Source: an uncultured Verrucomicrobiota bacterium (GTDB lineage Bacteria; Verrucomicrobiota; Verrucomicrobiia; Verrucomicrobiales; Akkermansiaceae). Taken from it: 59,330 nucleotides of DNA. Below are positions 38,963 to 47,959 of the stretch, piece by piece (position 1 is the stretch's first letter; every line of letters begins with the position of its first letter). The notes beneath the pieces were generated by a model, which saw only the letters and a program-made list of their open reading frames with translations, had not been told where the DNA came from and did no database searches. Where the stretch lies: assembly GCA_913063525.1 (NCBI GenBank), contig CAJXYV010000001.1:1-59330 (forward strand). Reading direction: 5' to 3'. Both the position numbers and the translations under genes were made by a program.

Positions 38963-41900
38963 TCAGGGTGAGGTCTTTAATGCAAGGCGAACAAAAAGCA
39001 TCTTGACACCCCTTGTCGGAACTACAGACCGCATGATGTAGTAGTTGCCCTGATCACTTACGACCGCTGGGAGCGCTGCGTTATCCGTCCAAGCGATCAG
39101 GTTGGTAGAGTATTGCACCGAGGCAGCCACGCCGGTGAGATTTTTCGACATGCGATAAGTAAAGTTGATGTTGCCGGCACCGTCGGAAACTGCGCTTATC
39201 ACCCCACCGGCGTTGTTAACCGATGGCGAGGTACCAAAGTAGTATTCAACAAGATTCGGGAGTCTGTCATTGTCAGGGTCTGCCAAAGAGTCTAACACCA
39301 ATGATGAATTCTCAGTCGGAAATGCTGCAGCGATCCATTGGTCGAACGTTGACAGAGGCTTGGCGCTGACTTGTGCAGAGGTGGAGCCTTGGCCGACTCC
39401 ACTGGCAATAGTGATCACGTAATAGTAATTAGTACCATTGGTGACTGAATTATCCGTATAGCCTGGACCGGGCACAGTCGCGATGGTTGCGTATGGGCCA
39501 CCACTAGTAATCGAGCGCAGCACCGTATAGGTGTTAGCTCCGGGAACGAGCGCCCAGCTTAAGTCGACGCGGGTATCACCCGACGAAGCCTTGGGATCAG
39601 ACGGCCCCGCTGGCAAGGCGGCAATGACCGCGATCTCGGCAGCACTAAGCGGGATTTCATAAATAATAAAATCATCCACGATTCCGTCGAGATTCGGGTC
39701 GGCTGTCGAGGCAGATTTACCGATGTAATTGTTAAGTGTGTTGCCGAGGCCCGAAGGCTTGTTAGTCATCGCCATGTTAGTTGCCACTGGATTGCCATTC
39801 ATGTAAATCGTGCCAGTACTACCGGATAATGTAATAGCTACATGCGTCCATGCCCCAGCGGCGAACTGGACACCCAAGGCACATTCGAGATTCTGACCAT
39901 TCAGGCCAAATCGGATCAGTCCACCCGCTGTGCGTGGCACAAAATACATACTGCTGGAAGTAGAGCCGTTGTTAAAATCGAAGACCCGTGCCCATGTGGA
40001 AATGCTGTTAAGTTTCACCCAGAATGCGACGGTGCAATCGTTGAGACCGTTGACGACCCCGGTCGGCAGCGTAACATGGCTGCTGCCGGAAAATTTCAAT
40101 GCCCCGCCCAATCTAGCATTGCTTCCGCTGACCCAAGTCGGACTATTGACTAGGGTGCCGTCCCATCCGTGATCGGTCGAGTCCACTGCGGTCGTACCGC
40201 TCACTTCGTCGAAACGCAAATAGGCAGTCACGGGGCTAGAAAGGGCTGCGACCTCGGCGGAAATCGAGCCTTCTGTAACACCATTTGTCGCATTCACAAT
40301 GTAATAATAGGTCGTACCCTTAACAACCGAAGTATCGACAAACGACGGCACCGTAGTCGTGCCCACATTCGTGTAGGGACCTCCGCTTACCAAGGAACGC
40401 TGGATCGAGTAGCTGATTGCATCGCTCACCGCAGCCCAACTCAGAGACACCTTGGAATTGGTGGCTGACGCTATTAAATTCGCAGGAGCGACGGGTGGAG
40501 TGGCTAGAAGAGCGATATCACCTGTATTAATGGCGCCGTTGTAGATTCGGAACTCGTCCACTTTTCCACTGAGTGCCGGATCGGAAATCGAGGCGGATTT
40601 CCCGATAAAGTTGTTGGTCGTGACGCCTAGGTCAGACGGTTTTAGAGTCATCGCCGCATTGGTGGCAGTAACTACGCCGTTGATATAAAGTTTCGCCGAG
40701 TTGCCTTGTCGCGTCACAGCCACATGGGTCCAAGTCCCAGATTGAAGGTTGGCGGCAGATGATGCTTCAAGCACCTGCTCATTGCCGTTCAACCTGATCG
40801 CAAAACGCATCATACCACTCGACGTCCTAGGGGTAAAATACATACTGCTGTTTGAACTTCCGGTACTGAAGTCGAAGACCCGCGCCCCGTCGGAAATTGT
40901 ACCCGGCTTGAGCCAAAATGAGACGGAAAAATCACTCAAACCACCCACGATACCCGCCGGCAGCGTGACATAACTGCCGCCGTTAAAGCCTAGCGCACCG
41001 TTGATCCGCGCGTTAGTGCTGATCTCCCATGTCGGCCCGCCCACCAGAGTTCCGTTCCAGCCATTGCCAGTCGTGTCCATCGCCGCAACTCCGAAACCTT
41101 CATCAAAGCGGAGGTAGGCCGTCATCACCGCGCCGGGCGTGACCGTTGGCACGGCGACCGTGTATTCCAGCACTGGACGGTAGGCGGAGTTTGTGCTTTC
41201 CAAAGAGTTGAAACCGACATAACTATTTCCGGCAATCGGATTCGTAATCCGCAGTGTTAGAGTTCCATCGACAGCGGCTTCGATTTTTGCGGCATTGGTC
41301 ACATCAACCTCCATTTGCTGACCGACGACATATCCTCCAACATTCGCAACGAGCGTACCAGCGTCGGTCGGCCGGTTGTTCCATGTCATCGCAGACTCGG
41401 ACCAACTATCATTTGTCAAACTGTCATACTTAAGTATTGCCCCGCTGTCATCAACCTTGGAAGGAACGAGTTTCAATTTGACACTCTGAGCGTTGATCAA
41501 TCCGCTCACGTCGAATTTTAGGTAGGTGAACCGGTTGAATCCCGTGTTGTCATTCTTAGTCGCCAATTCGGCGGAAGTCCCGAAATTGGTGGTAGCGTAG
41601 ATACCATCCCGCACATAGACGTCTGCCAGTGGCCCGACGCTACCGGATGATGTCTCGTCGCCGACCCCAAAAAAATCAATATCGGGTAGACCCGTGTTTG
41701 ACACTGCCTGCAACCTCACATTCGACAATCCCGCCGGCATGCTAACATTGGCGGTTACCAGCTCCCATGAAGATGAGGAGCCCGTAGCTGGAAACAGGAT
41801 ATTGGAAGCAACTTTAAGTCCTTTTACATACAAATCGGCGACTCTATCCTCGAGGCTCGCATATCGTAACGTCAACGCGCGAGTCCCAGCCGTCGAGGAA

Positions 41901-44257
41901 TCCAGCCACCAGTCAATCCCAGCTCCCGCTACGTCCTGCGTATTGGTATAGCCCGTTCCGGTGTATCCAGCTTGATTGTTGCTGATTGTGCCATTCACTC
42001 CACCGAAGCCAGCTTCGTTTTCTTGAATGACCAGTCCGCCGTCATACGTCGTTGGAGTCACAACGATACTGTCGAAATAAAGAGAACTCGCCCTAACAGC
42101 GGCACCACGGAACTCGATGGTATTGGCTCCAGCGCTCAAAGTAACGTCCTGCTTGTGAATGGCCCAGTCACTGAGCGTAGCCGTCGGAGTAAAATTGGGA
42201 GTCCCCACCTTAATTCCGTTCACATACAAATCCACGGTATTCGCGATCATGCCGGTCACAGCATAGCGTGTTTCAAGCCGATATGTGCCCGCACTCAGAA
42301 CACTGACCGAATCGCGGACTGAGGCTGACGCCCCAGTCCCAAACTCGAGGTAACCCTGCCCCCTGTAGTTGCGAATACTGCCGCTTTGACCAGCAGCCGT
42401 GAGACTAGCGATGCTTTTGTAATCGAAGCACTCTGCCTCATTCTGGCGTGGAGCGACAAATGCCGCTGGCCGTTTGGGCGAAACAATGACGGCGGGCGTG
42501 TAGGCGGTCAAACGCCCAGTCGCCGTCCCCGAGCAGTTCACTGTGATGTCCAGCGCGCCGTTGTGCTGGACGGTCAGAGTCAGCACTCCACCCGTCCAGT
42601 CCTTGGTAAGGGTACTAACCTGATGGCTGGCACGATCCACCCAAGTACAGGTCGGCTCCGAGGAACTTCCGTAGATTTTGATCAAGTCGGTCTTCAGCGT
42701 GGTATCAATTTCGTTCTGATAGTTGCTGAGATAGAAAGTCACTTTGTTTGAATATTCCTTCACGACTCCCGCGGTGTATTGCGAGAAGGTCAGTTCCATG
42801 CGATCCGCTGTATTGTATTTAAAGGGGATAGAGCTGCTGGCAGTCTGGACGGTCTTGTAGGGATTGTAAACGACCCAGCCATTCTCGTGGCGCCCTGCGT
42901 ACAGGTCACCCGTATATTCCTGAGGGAACAGGGTATCGAATTCAGTTACTTTGGACGTGACGGTAGGCCAACGGCTAGAAAAGGCGGATCGATTGACCTT
43001 CACTTGAAACGAATTGGCGTCGGTGTCGTCCAGTTGATAAACCGTCGGAATGGTCGGATAGCGCCCAGTCTTTTTGAAAAAAGTTTTGTTGGATTCGTAA
43101 TTACCGTCGCTATCCATACGGTAAAGTCCTTCGAACATCGTCTGAGGCGAACTGTAAATATCATTGTTATTCGTGCTGGAATTAACATTATTAACAATGA
43201 CAACCTTGGTGCGATCGATCACCTCCTTACGGGTTGGAATTCGAACCGTCCCATCCAGAATTTTGCGGAAATTATCGACGCTGACGTTATCGAACTGCGG
43301 GAAGGTCCCCCAGCGCCGCATCGTGAATCCGTCAGTCGTACCTACCGTGCTGAGCTCCTTAAAGCATTGCGTCCAAATCAACTCTGGGCCATCCATCACG
43401 GTCTGGCCAGTCAGCATGGCGTGTTCGAGATATGGAGTGGTGCCCGTGGCCATCGTAAAGTTCGCATGGATCCCGCTTGCATCGGTCCATCCAGTATCAT
43501 CATAGCGGATACCGTATTGCCCTGCATAGCCGGACAGATAAGACCCTAAACAGATACTCTCCATGTCGGATTGGTAAGACTGCTGTGTGTATTTTTCACA
43601 AAGGATAAAATTATCAGTATAGTTCCGGCAAGCCGCTGCAAAGTTAGGATCGCGCTTCACCATCGCGATTGGGTTGATGCTCGGCGACCATTGATTCCCG
43701 CACCAACTCACCACCAGATACCCCCCATATTGATTACAGAGTTTCAGAAGCCTTGCAAAATGAGCAATCCGGTCCGTCCATTTCGCTGAGAGCGGATCGG
43801 TCACACTATCGTATCCCCAGAACTGCTCGGCATAGTTGAATCCGATAAAATTCGGATAATTTCTGAATAATTCCTCATAAACTGACAGATCTAAATCAGA
43901 GAATTGACTGAATCCGCCACTCGACGGTTGAACTGTCACCCAAATCTGGTTCTCGGCACAGGCTCTCACCCAGGACTTGGCGATCTCGTAGCCGTACTCG
44001 GCGACTTGATACTGGCTAGTCGTCTCGTTGTGACTGATCGACAACGAGATATTCATTACCACAAAAGGTCGGATATCCTGCGGAATCAGCGCGATGATTT
44101 TCTGCGGATCTGGATAGTTCCATGTGTCGATGTGGACGAGCCACATCGGCTGCTGGGGCGAGATCGGGCGCCTCAACGGAAGGCTCGCCTGGGCGACCGC
44201 GCTGAACTGCGCGATGACGAGGAATAACAATGTGACAATCAGAAGTTGGATTTTCAT
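38963..44257 (-). CDS. Multimodular GH98 (probable endo-xylanase) with two CBM35/CBM6-like modules, a DNRLRE/CBM96-like module, 2x(LamG-FN3) and a C-terminal domain
   Basis: N-terminus LRRPISPQQPMWLVHIDTWNYPDPQKII and YAEQFWG resemble Bacteroides GH98; ADVYVRDG...YLKFDVS; LamG WTHVAVT...DEFRIY; FN3 VSLSW...SGGPY. Confidence 0.85.
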   Translation of the reverse strand: MKIQLLIVTLLFLVIAQFSAVAQASLPLRRPISPQQPMWLVHIDTWNYPDPQKIIALIPQDIRPFVVMNISLSISHNETTSQYQVAEYGYEIAKSWVRACAENQIWVTVQPSSGGFSQFSDLDLSVYEELFRNYPNFIGFNYAEQFWGYDSVTDPLSAKWTDRIAHFARLLKLCNQYGGYLVVSWCGNQWSPSINPIAMVKRDPNFAAACRNYTDNFILCEKYTQQSYQSDMESICLGSYLSGYAGQYGIRYDDTGWTDASGIHANFTMATGTTPYLEHAMLTGQTVMDGPELIWTQCFKELSTVGTTDGFTMRRWGTFPQFDNVSVDNFRKILDGTVRIPTRKEVIDRTKVVIVNNVNSSTNNNDIYSSPQTMFEGLYRMDSDGNYESNKTFFKKTGRYPTIPTVYQLDDTDANSFQVKVNRSAFSSRWPTVTSKVTEFDTLFPQEYTGDLYAGRHENGWVVYNPYKTVQTASSSIPFKYNTADRMELTFSQYTAGVVKEYSNKVTFYLSNYQNEIDTTLKTDLIKIYGSSSEPTCTWVDRASHQVSTLTKDWTGGVLTLTVQHNGALDITVNCSGTATGRLTAYTPAVIVSPKRPAAFVAPRQNEAECFDYKSIASLTAAGQSGSIRNYRGQGYLEFGTGASASVRDSVSVLSAGTYRLETRYAVTGMIANTVDLYVNGIKVGTPNFTPTATLSDWAIHKQDVTLSAGANTIEFRGAAVRASSLYFDSIVVTPTTYDGGLVIQENEAGFGGVNGTISNNQAGYTGTGYTNTQDVAGAGIDWWLDSSTAGTRALTLRYASLEDRVADLYVKGLKVASNILFPATGSSSSWELVTANVSMPAGLSNVRLQAVSNTGLPDIDFFGVGDETSSGSVGPLADVYVRDGIYATTNFGTSAELATKNDNTGFNRFTYLKFDVSGLINAQSVKLKLVPSKVDDSGAILKYDSLTNDSWSESAMTWNNRPTDAGTLVANVGGYVVGQQMEVDVTNAAKIEAAVDGTLTLRITNPIAGNSYVGFNSLESTNSAYRPVLEYTVAVPTVTPGAVMTAYLRFDEGFGVAAMDTTGNGWNGTLVGGPTWEISTNARINGALGFNGGSYVTLPAGIVGGLSDFSVSFWLKPGTISDGARVFDFSTGSSNSSMYFTPRTSSGMMRFAIRLNGNEQVLEASSAANLQSGTWTHVAVTRQGNSAKLYINGVVTATNAAMTLKPSDLGVTTNNFIGKSASISDPALSGKVDEFRIYNGAINTGDIALLATPPVAPANLIASATNSKVSLSWAAVSDAISYSIQRSLVSGGPYTNVGTTTVPSFVDTSVVKGTTYYYIVNATNGVTEGSISAEVAALSSPVTAYLRFDEVSGTTAVDSTDHGWDGTLVNSPTWVSGSNARLGGALKFSGSSHVTLPTGVVNGLNDCTVAFWVKLNSISTWARVFDFNNGSTSSSMYFVPRTAGGLIRFGLNGQNLECALGVQFAAGAWTHVAITLSGSTGTIYMNGNPVATNMAMTNKPSGLGNTLNNYIGKSASTADPNLDGIVDDFIIYEIPLSAAEIAVIAALPAGPSDPKASSGDTRVDLSWALVPGANTYTVLRSITSGGPYATIATVPGPGYTDNSVTNGTNYYYVITIASGVGQGSTSAQVSAKPLSTFDQWIAAAFPTENSSLVLDSLADPDNDRLPNLVEYYFGTSPSVNNAGGVISAVSDGAGNINFTYRMSKNLTGVAASVQYSTNLIAWTDNAALPAVVSDQGNYYIMRSVVPTRGVKMLFVRLALKTSP

Positions 44258-44501
44258 GAGATTTTTTGCGATGATTTTTTGGGGATGTTCGGAGCGCCCT
44301 GGAATCCTAAGTTTCGTCTTAAATGTCTAACACTAATGTTGTCCTCGGCATGTTGCGATCCTTGGCTTACTCAAGAACTTTCTTCACCTGTACCGGGGTG
44401 ATCAGTGGGTTGGCAATGGTCACCCCGAGAGAGATCATCGATAAGACTAACTAAATACGAATGATTTGCACGGGTTTATCGGGAGCGTTGGTTAAAACTT
44501 A

Positions 44502-45656
44502 TCATCGTTCGGCTTTGATCACCGCGAAGAACGCGGGCTTGGGTTTAAGGTCGCGGTCGAATAGGAGAGCATGGTTGGTGCGACCACGGATCGGAAATCC
44601 GTTCAACCAAGACTGGCCGTCGTCCAAGCCCCAGAAGGTCACGCGGGTGATGGATTTTCTGTTTCGCAGATAGACGACAAATATCCCGGCATAGCGTTTC
44701 GCGAGTTTCTCCTGCATGACATCCGGAAGGCCGGCAGTGTAGGGATTGGTGGTCGAGTCGCCTTGTTCGCGCCGGTTGATGTCTGCATTTCCCGCAGCAC
44801 CCCGAGCTGGTAGAACGTCCACGTCCAATTCGGTGACCATTACTTTGAGACCGAGGGCGGAGAAATCCTTGATCGTCCTCTCGATTTCCTCGGTCGACGG
44901 GTGATTCAGTTGAAAATGAGACTGAGTCCCAACGCCCGTGATCGGCACCCCGCGCTCGAGCATCCTTTTCAAGAGCTTCACCGCGTTGGCACGCTTGCGC
45001 TCGTTCTCAAGACCGTAGTCGTTGTAGTAAAACTCGGCTTCAGGGTCGGCCTCTTTGGCATAACGAAAAGCATAATCGAGAAAATCATCGCCGATGATCC
45101 GCCGCCATGGCGAGTCGCGGAGGATGTCAGGCCCTCCATCCGATAGCGCCTCGTTGACCACGTCCCACCCCTTAGCCTTGCCCTTGTAGTGACTGACGAT
45201 TTCGTGGATGTGGTCGTGCATGCGTTTGAGCAATTGTTCCCTGGTGGCAGGATTTCCGCCTTCGCCCTCGAAAACCCATCCGGGGGTCTGGCTGTGCCAA
45301 ACGAGCGTGTGGCCGATCACCGCCATCTTGTTTTTCCTAGCGTATTCAAAATAGGCATCGGCAGATTGAAACTGGAACCGGTCGGGCTGCGGGTGGATCG
45401 ATTGCCACTTCATGTCGTTCTCGGCGGTGAGGCAGGAGAACTGTTTCCCGGCAAGTTCTCCGGCCTTCGAGTTAGGGTCGTTCACCATCCGAGAATTAAG
45501 AGCGACGCCGACGAGAAAATCCTTTTCATAGGCCTTGCGCAGTACGGGCAAATCCTTGTCTGTTTCACGGCTCGCGGCGGTTTCCGCTCTGCGGGTGGTG
45601 GCGGTTAGTCCAGCCACCGAAGTAGCGAAGAGCAGGAAAAAAATCTTTAGTGACAT
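44502..45656 (-). CDS. GH10 endo-1,4-beta-xylanase
   Basis: TAENDMKW, GHTLVWHSQ, WDVVNEA, YNDY, GTQSH, VTELDV, VTFWG. Confidence 0.95.
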   Translation of the reverse strand: MSLKIFFLLFATSVAGLTATTRRAETAASRETDKDLPVLRKAYEKDFLVGVALNSRMVNDPNSKAGELAGKQFSCLTAENDMKWQSIHPQPDRFQFQSADAYFEYARKNKMAVIGHTLVWHSQTPGWVFEGEGGNPATREQLLKRMHDHIHEIVSHYKGKAKGWDVVNEALSDGGPDILRDSPWRRIIGDDFLDYAFRYAKEADPEAEFYYNDYGLENERKRANAVKLLKRMLERGVPITGVGTQSHFQLNHPSTEEIERTIKDFSALGLKVMVTELDVDVLPARGAAGNADINRREQGDSTTNPYTAGLPDVMQEKLAKRYAGIFVVYLRNRKSITRVTFWGLDDGQSWLNGFPIRGRTNHALLFDRDLKPKPAFFAVIKAER

Positions 45657-45709
45657 GGTATGGTGTGTGGCGGTTGGATAGATTTCAGGCCTCTCGTGAA
45701 TCTCATTCT

Positions 45710-47008
45710 TCATGGAGTGAAGTGTTTCAAATCGACCGTGTCGGCCATTGCCTGATAGCCGGCAGGGTTCAGGTGCAGTCCATCGTCGCTGTAGGCGGGA
45801 AGCAGATGGGTCGGGCGCTCCGGATCCCTAACAGCCGCATCAAAATCGACAACCCCATCAAATTCACTGTTGTTGCGAATCCAAACGTTGATTGCCTTGC
45901 GACATTCCTCACGGGCCGGCGTGAAATAGCCGTGCGCTCCGAAAGGGGTGATCGTCGCGCACCATGCGCCCATACCCGCTGCTTTGGCCTTAATCGCAAA
46001 CTCCCTGTACGCTCTGGTTAGTTTCTCCGGCAGCCCCGCCGCATCGCCATCGTGGACGGCTCCGATGTCGTTGACGCCCTCGAACAGGATGAAATACCTC
46101 GCGCCCGGCAAATTTAACACATCACGATCAAACCGCTTTAGCGCCGCGGGACCGAGGCCACCGAAAATCGCATTGCCCCCTATGCCCATGTTCACAACCC
46201 CCATGCCAGAGGTTGCCTGATGATCTTGAAGCCGCTTCGCCAACGCATCGGGCCAACGGTTGTTGGCGTCGGTGGTGGAGCCCCGCCCATCCGTTAGCGA
46301 GTCCCCTAGCACCACGATGGTTCCGCGGTCCGTACCGCCCGCCACCTCGATTCCGCGTATGATATACCAATGCTGGGCCCTCACCGCCTGCGGCAGGCTT
46401 GCGGCTGATAGAGCATCCGTCGAAGTAATAAACGAAGTAGTCCGCGAGCCGGGATGGCCAGTGACCGTGGTCGCTGAAATGCCGCCGAAGGCTAGGCTGA
46501 TAGCGACGTTGCCAAGAGACGGCATTTCGAAATCCAAAGGATCCGATAAAATCTCCGTGCGAGCAGGAATGACCACCTCCGATTTGCCAGCGAAGAGCAA
46601 TGCCCGGTCCGAGGCGAGATCGATCTTACCGTCACCCGAACTGCCTTTCCCAGCAGAACGGGCGAGCCGAGCCGCCTTCACGGTCACGGGATCCTTCCCG
46701 AAGAAATTGCTGAGGCGGACGCGGATCCTCTTGCCTCCGATGCTCGCTCTCACAAATTGGCGGAGCGCCCGGTCGGCCAGCGGCACCGCCGGAAGATTCT
46801 TTGATTCAGTTAGTTGGGGGGCGCAAGCCCAAGTCGTGACCCAACGGTCCTCGTCCGCCCGCAGGCTGGTCAGAAGCGTCGCAAAAACCATCAGGCAGGC
46901 TATTCCTGCGAAGTAACAGCAACGCTGGCGTTCCAGCAGAATCCGCCGGGAGAAGCAGGTGAACCGAGGCGCGCGTGCCTGGGAGAGGATAGTTGCATGG
47001 TGCATCAT
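45710..47008 (-). CDS. SGNH/GDSL hydrolase (probable carbohydrate acetylesterase)
   Basis: LGDSLTDG, NMGIGGN, EGVNDI, DGLHLN; true start uncertain. Confidence 0.85.
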   Translation of the reverse strand: MMHHATILSQARAPRFTCFSRRILLERQRCCYFAGIACLMVFATLLTSLRADEDRWVTTWACAPQLTESKNLPAVPLADRALRQFVRASIGGKRIRVRLSNFFGKDPVTVKAARLARSAGKGSSGDGKIDLASDRALLFAGKSEVVIPARTEILSDPLDFEMPSLGNVAISLAFGGISATTVTGHPGSRTTSFITSTDALSAASLPQAVRAQHWYIIRGIEVAGGTDRGTIVVLGDSLTDGRGSTTDANNRWPDALAKRLQDHQATSGMGVVNMGIGGNAIFGGLGPAALKRFDRDVLNLPGARYFILFEGVNDIGAVHDGDAAGLPEKLTRAYREFAIKAKAAGMGAWCATITPFGAHGYFTPAREECRKAINVWIRNNSEFDGVVDFDAAVRDPERPTHLLPAYSDDGLHLNPAGYQAMADTVDLKHFTP

Positions 47009-47034
47009 GAAAAAAGTGATTAGCTAGGATCGGA

Positions 47035-47949
47035 TCAGCGGAAGATATTCTGAGAAAAGTAATAAAGGCTGCTCGACCAGTGGGTAGGATCGTGGCCATT
47101 GCCGTCCACGTGCCAGACATGCGGCACTTTCTTTTCCTTGAGATAATTGTTTACCCCTTTGCTGATGCGGAAGAGCCCGTCCTTGTAGCCACAGGTGAGC
47201 ACTAGGAGTTTCAATTGGCTCGTCGCAGTAGCCACAGCCCGCTCCGGAAGAAGTTCAGCCGGCGGCTTGGTGTTCGGCGCCGAGGAAAACGCGCCAATCC
47301 ATGCAAAGGTATCCATGTGACTAAAACCAAAATTCAAGGTTTGTCCGCCGCCCATCGAGAGTCCCGCCAAAGCTCGACTTTCACGGTTTTTTTGGGTGCC
47401 AAAGCGGGCGTCGATAGCGGGGATCACATCGTCCAGCAAGTCGCGCTCAAAAACAGCAAAGGCTGGGACTGCTCCCATGCCGGCATCGGCGCGGTCGTCC
47501 TTCTGCGCTCTGCCGTTCGGCATCACGACAATCATGGGTTCAGCTTTTTTCGCAGCGATCAGGTTGTCGATCAGGGCGTCCACTTTAGAATATCGCTGCC
47601 ACTCGGTTTCATCACCTCCGATGCCGTGCAAGAGATAGAGCACCGGATACTTCTTGTCTGCTGAATAGCCGGGCGGCGTATATACTTGCATCTTGCGCTT
47701 GGTGCCAACGGTCATGGAGTCGTATTCCACGATTTCCAGCTTGCCGTGCGCAATACCTTCCCGTGTCACATTGAACCCAGCAGGAGGAGCTTCAAACGCC
47801 GGTTTGTCCTCGGGGCCGAGATCGATCGACTGACCGGTACGCGGTGGGATCACCGGCTCGGCGGGAGCACCTGCCCCGACTGCCGCATCAGCGATGGAGG
47901 CCAAAAGGCCCAGTACGGTGTGGAACAGGATCTTGTGTGTCAGTTTCAT
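47035..47949 (-). CDS. CE1-type esterase (feruloyl / acetyl-xylan esterase-like)
   Basis: VYTPPGY, YPVLYLLHGIGGDE, AGLSMGG nucleophile elbow; signal peptide. Confidence 0.88.
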   Translation of the reverse strand: MKLTHKILFHTVLGLLASIADAAVGAGAPAEPVIPPRTGQSIDLGPEDKPAFEAPPAGFNVTREGIAHGKLEIVEYDSMTVGTKRKMQVYTPPGYSADKKYPVLYLLHGIGGDETEWQRYSKVDALIDNLIAAKKAEPMIVVMPNGRAQKDDRADAGMGAVPAFAVFERDLLDDVIPAIDARFGTQKNRESRALAGLSMGGGQTLNFGFSHMDTFAWIGAFSSAPNTKPPAELLPERAVATATSQLKLLVLTCGYKDGLFRISKGVNNYLKEKKVPHVWHVDGNGHDPTHWSSSLYYFSQNIFR

Positions 47950-47959
47950 GATTGAGTTT

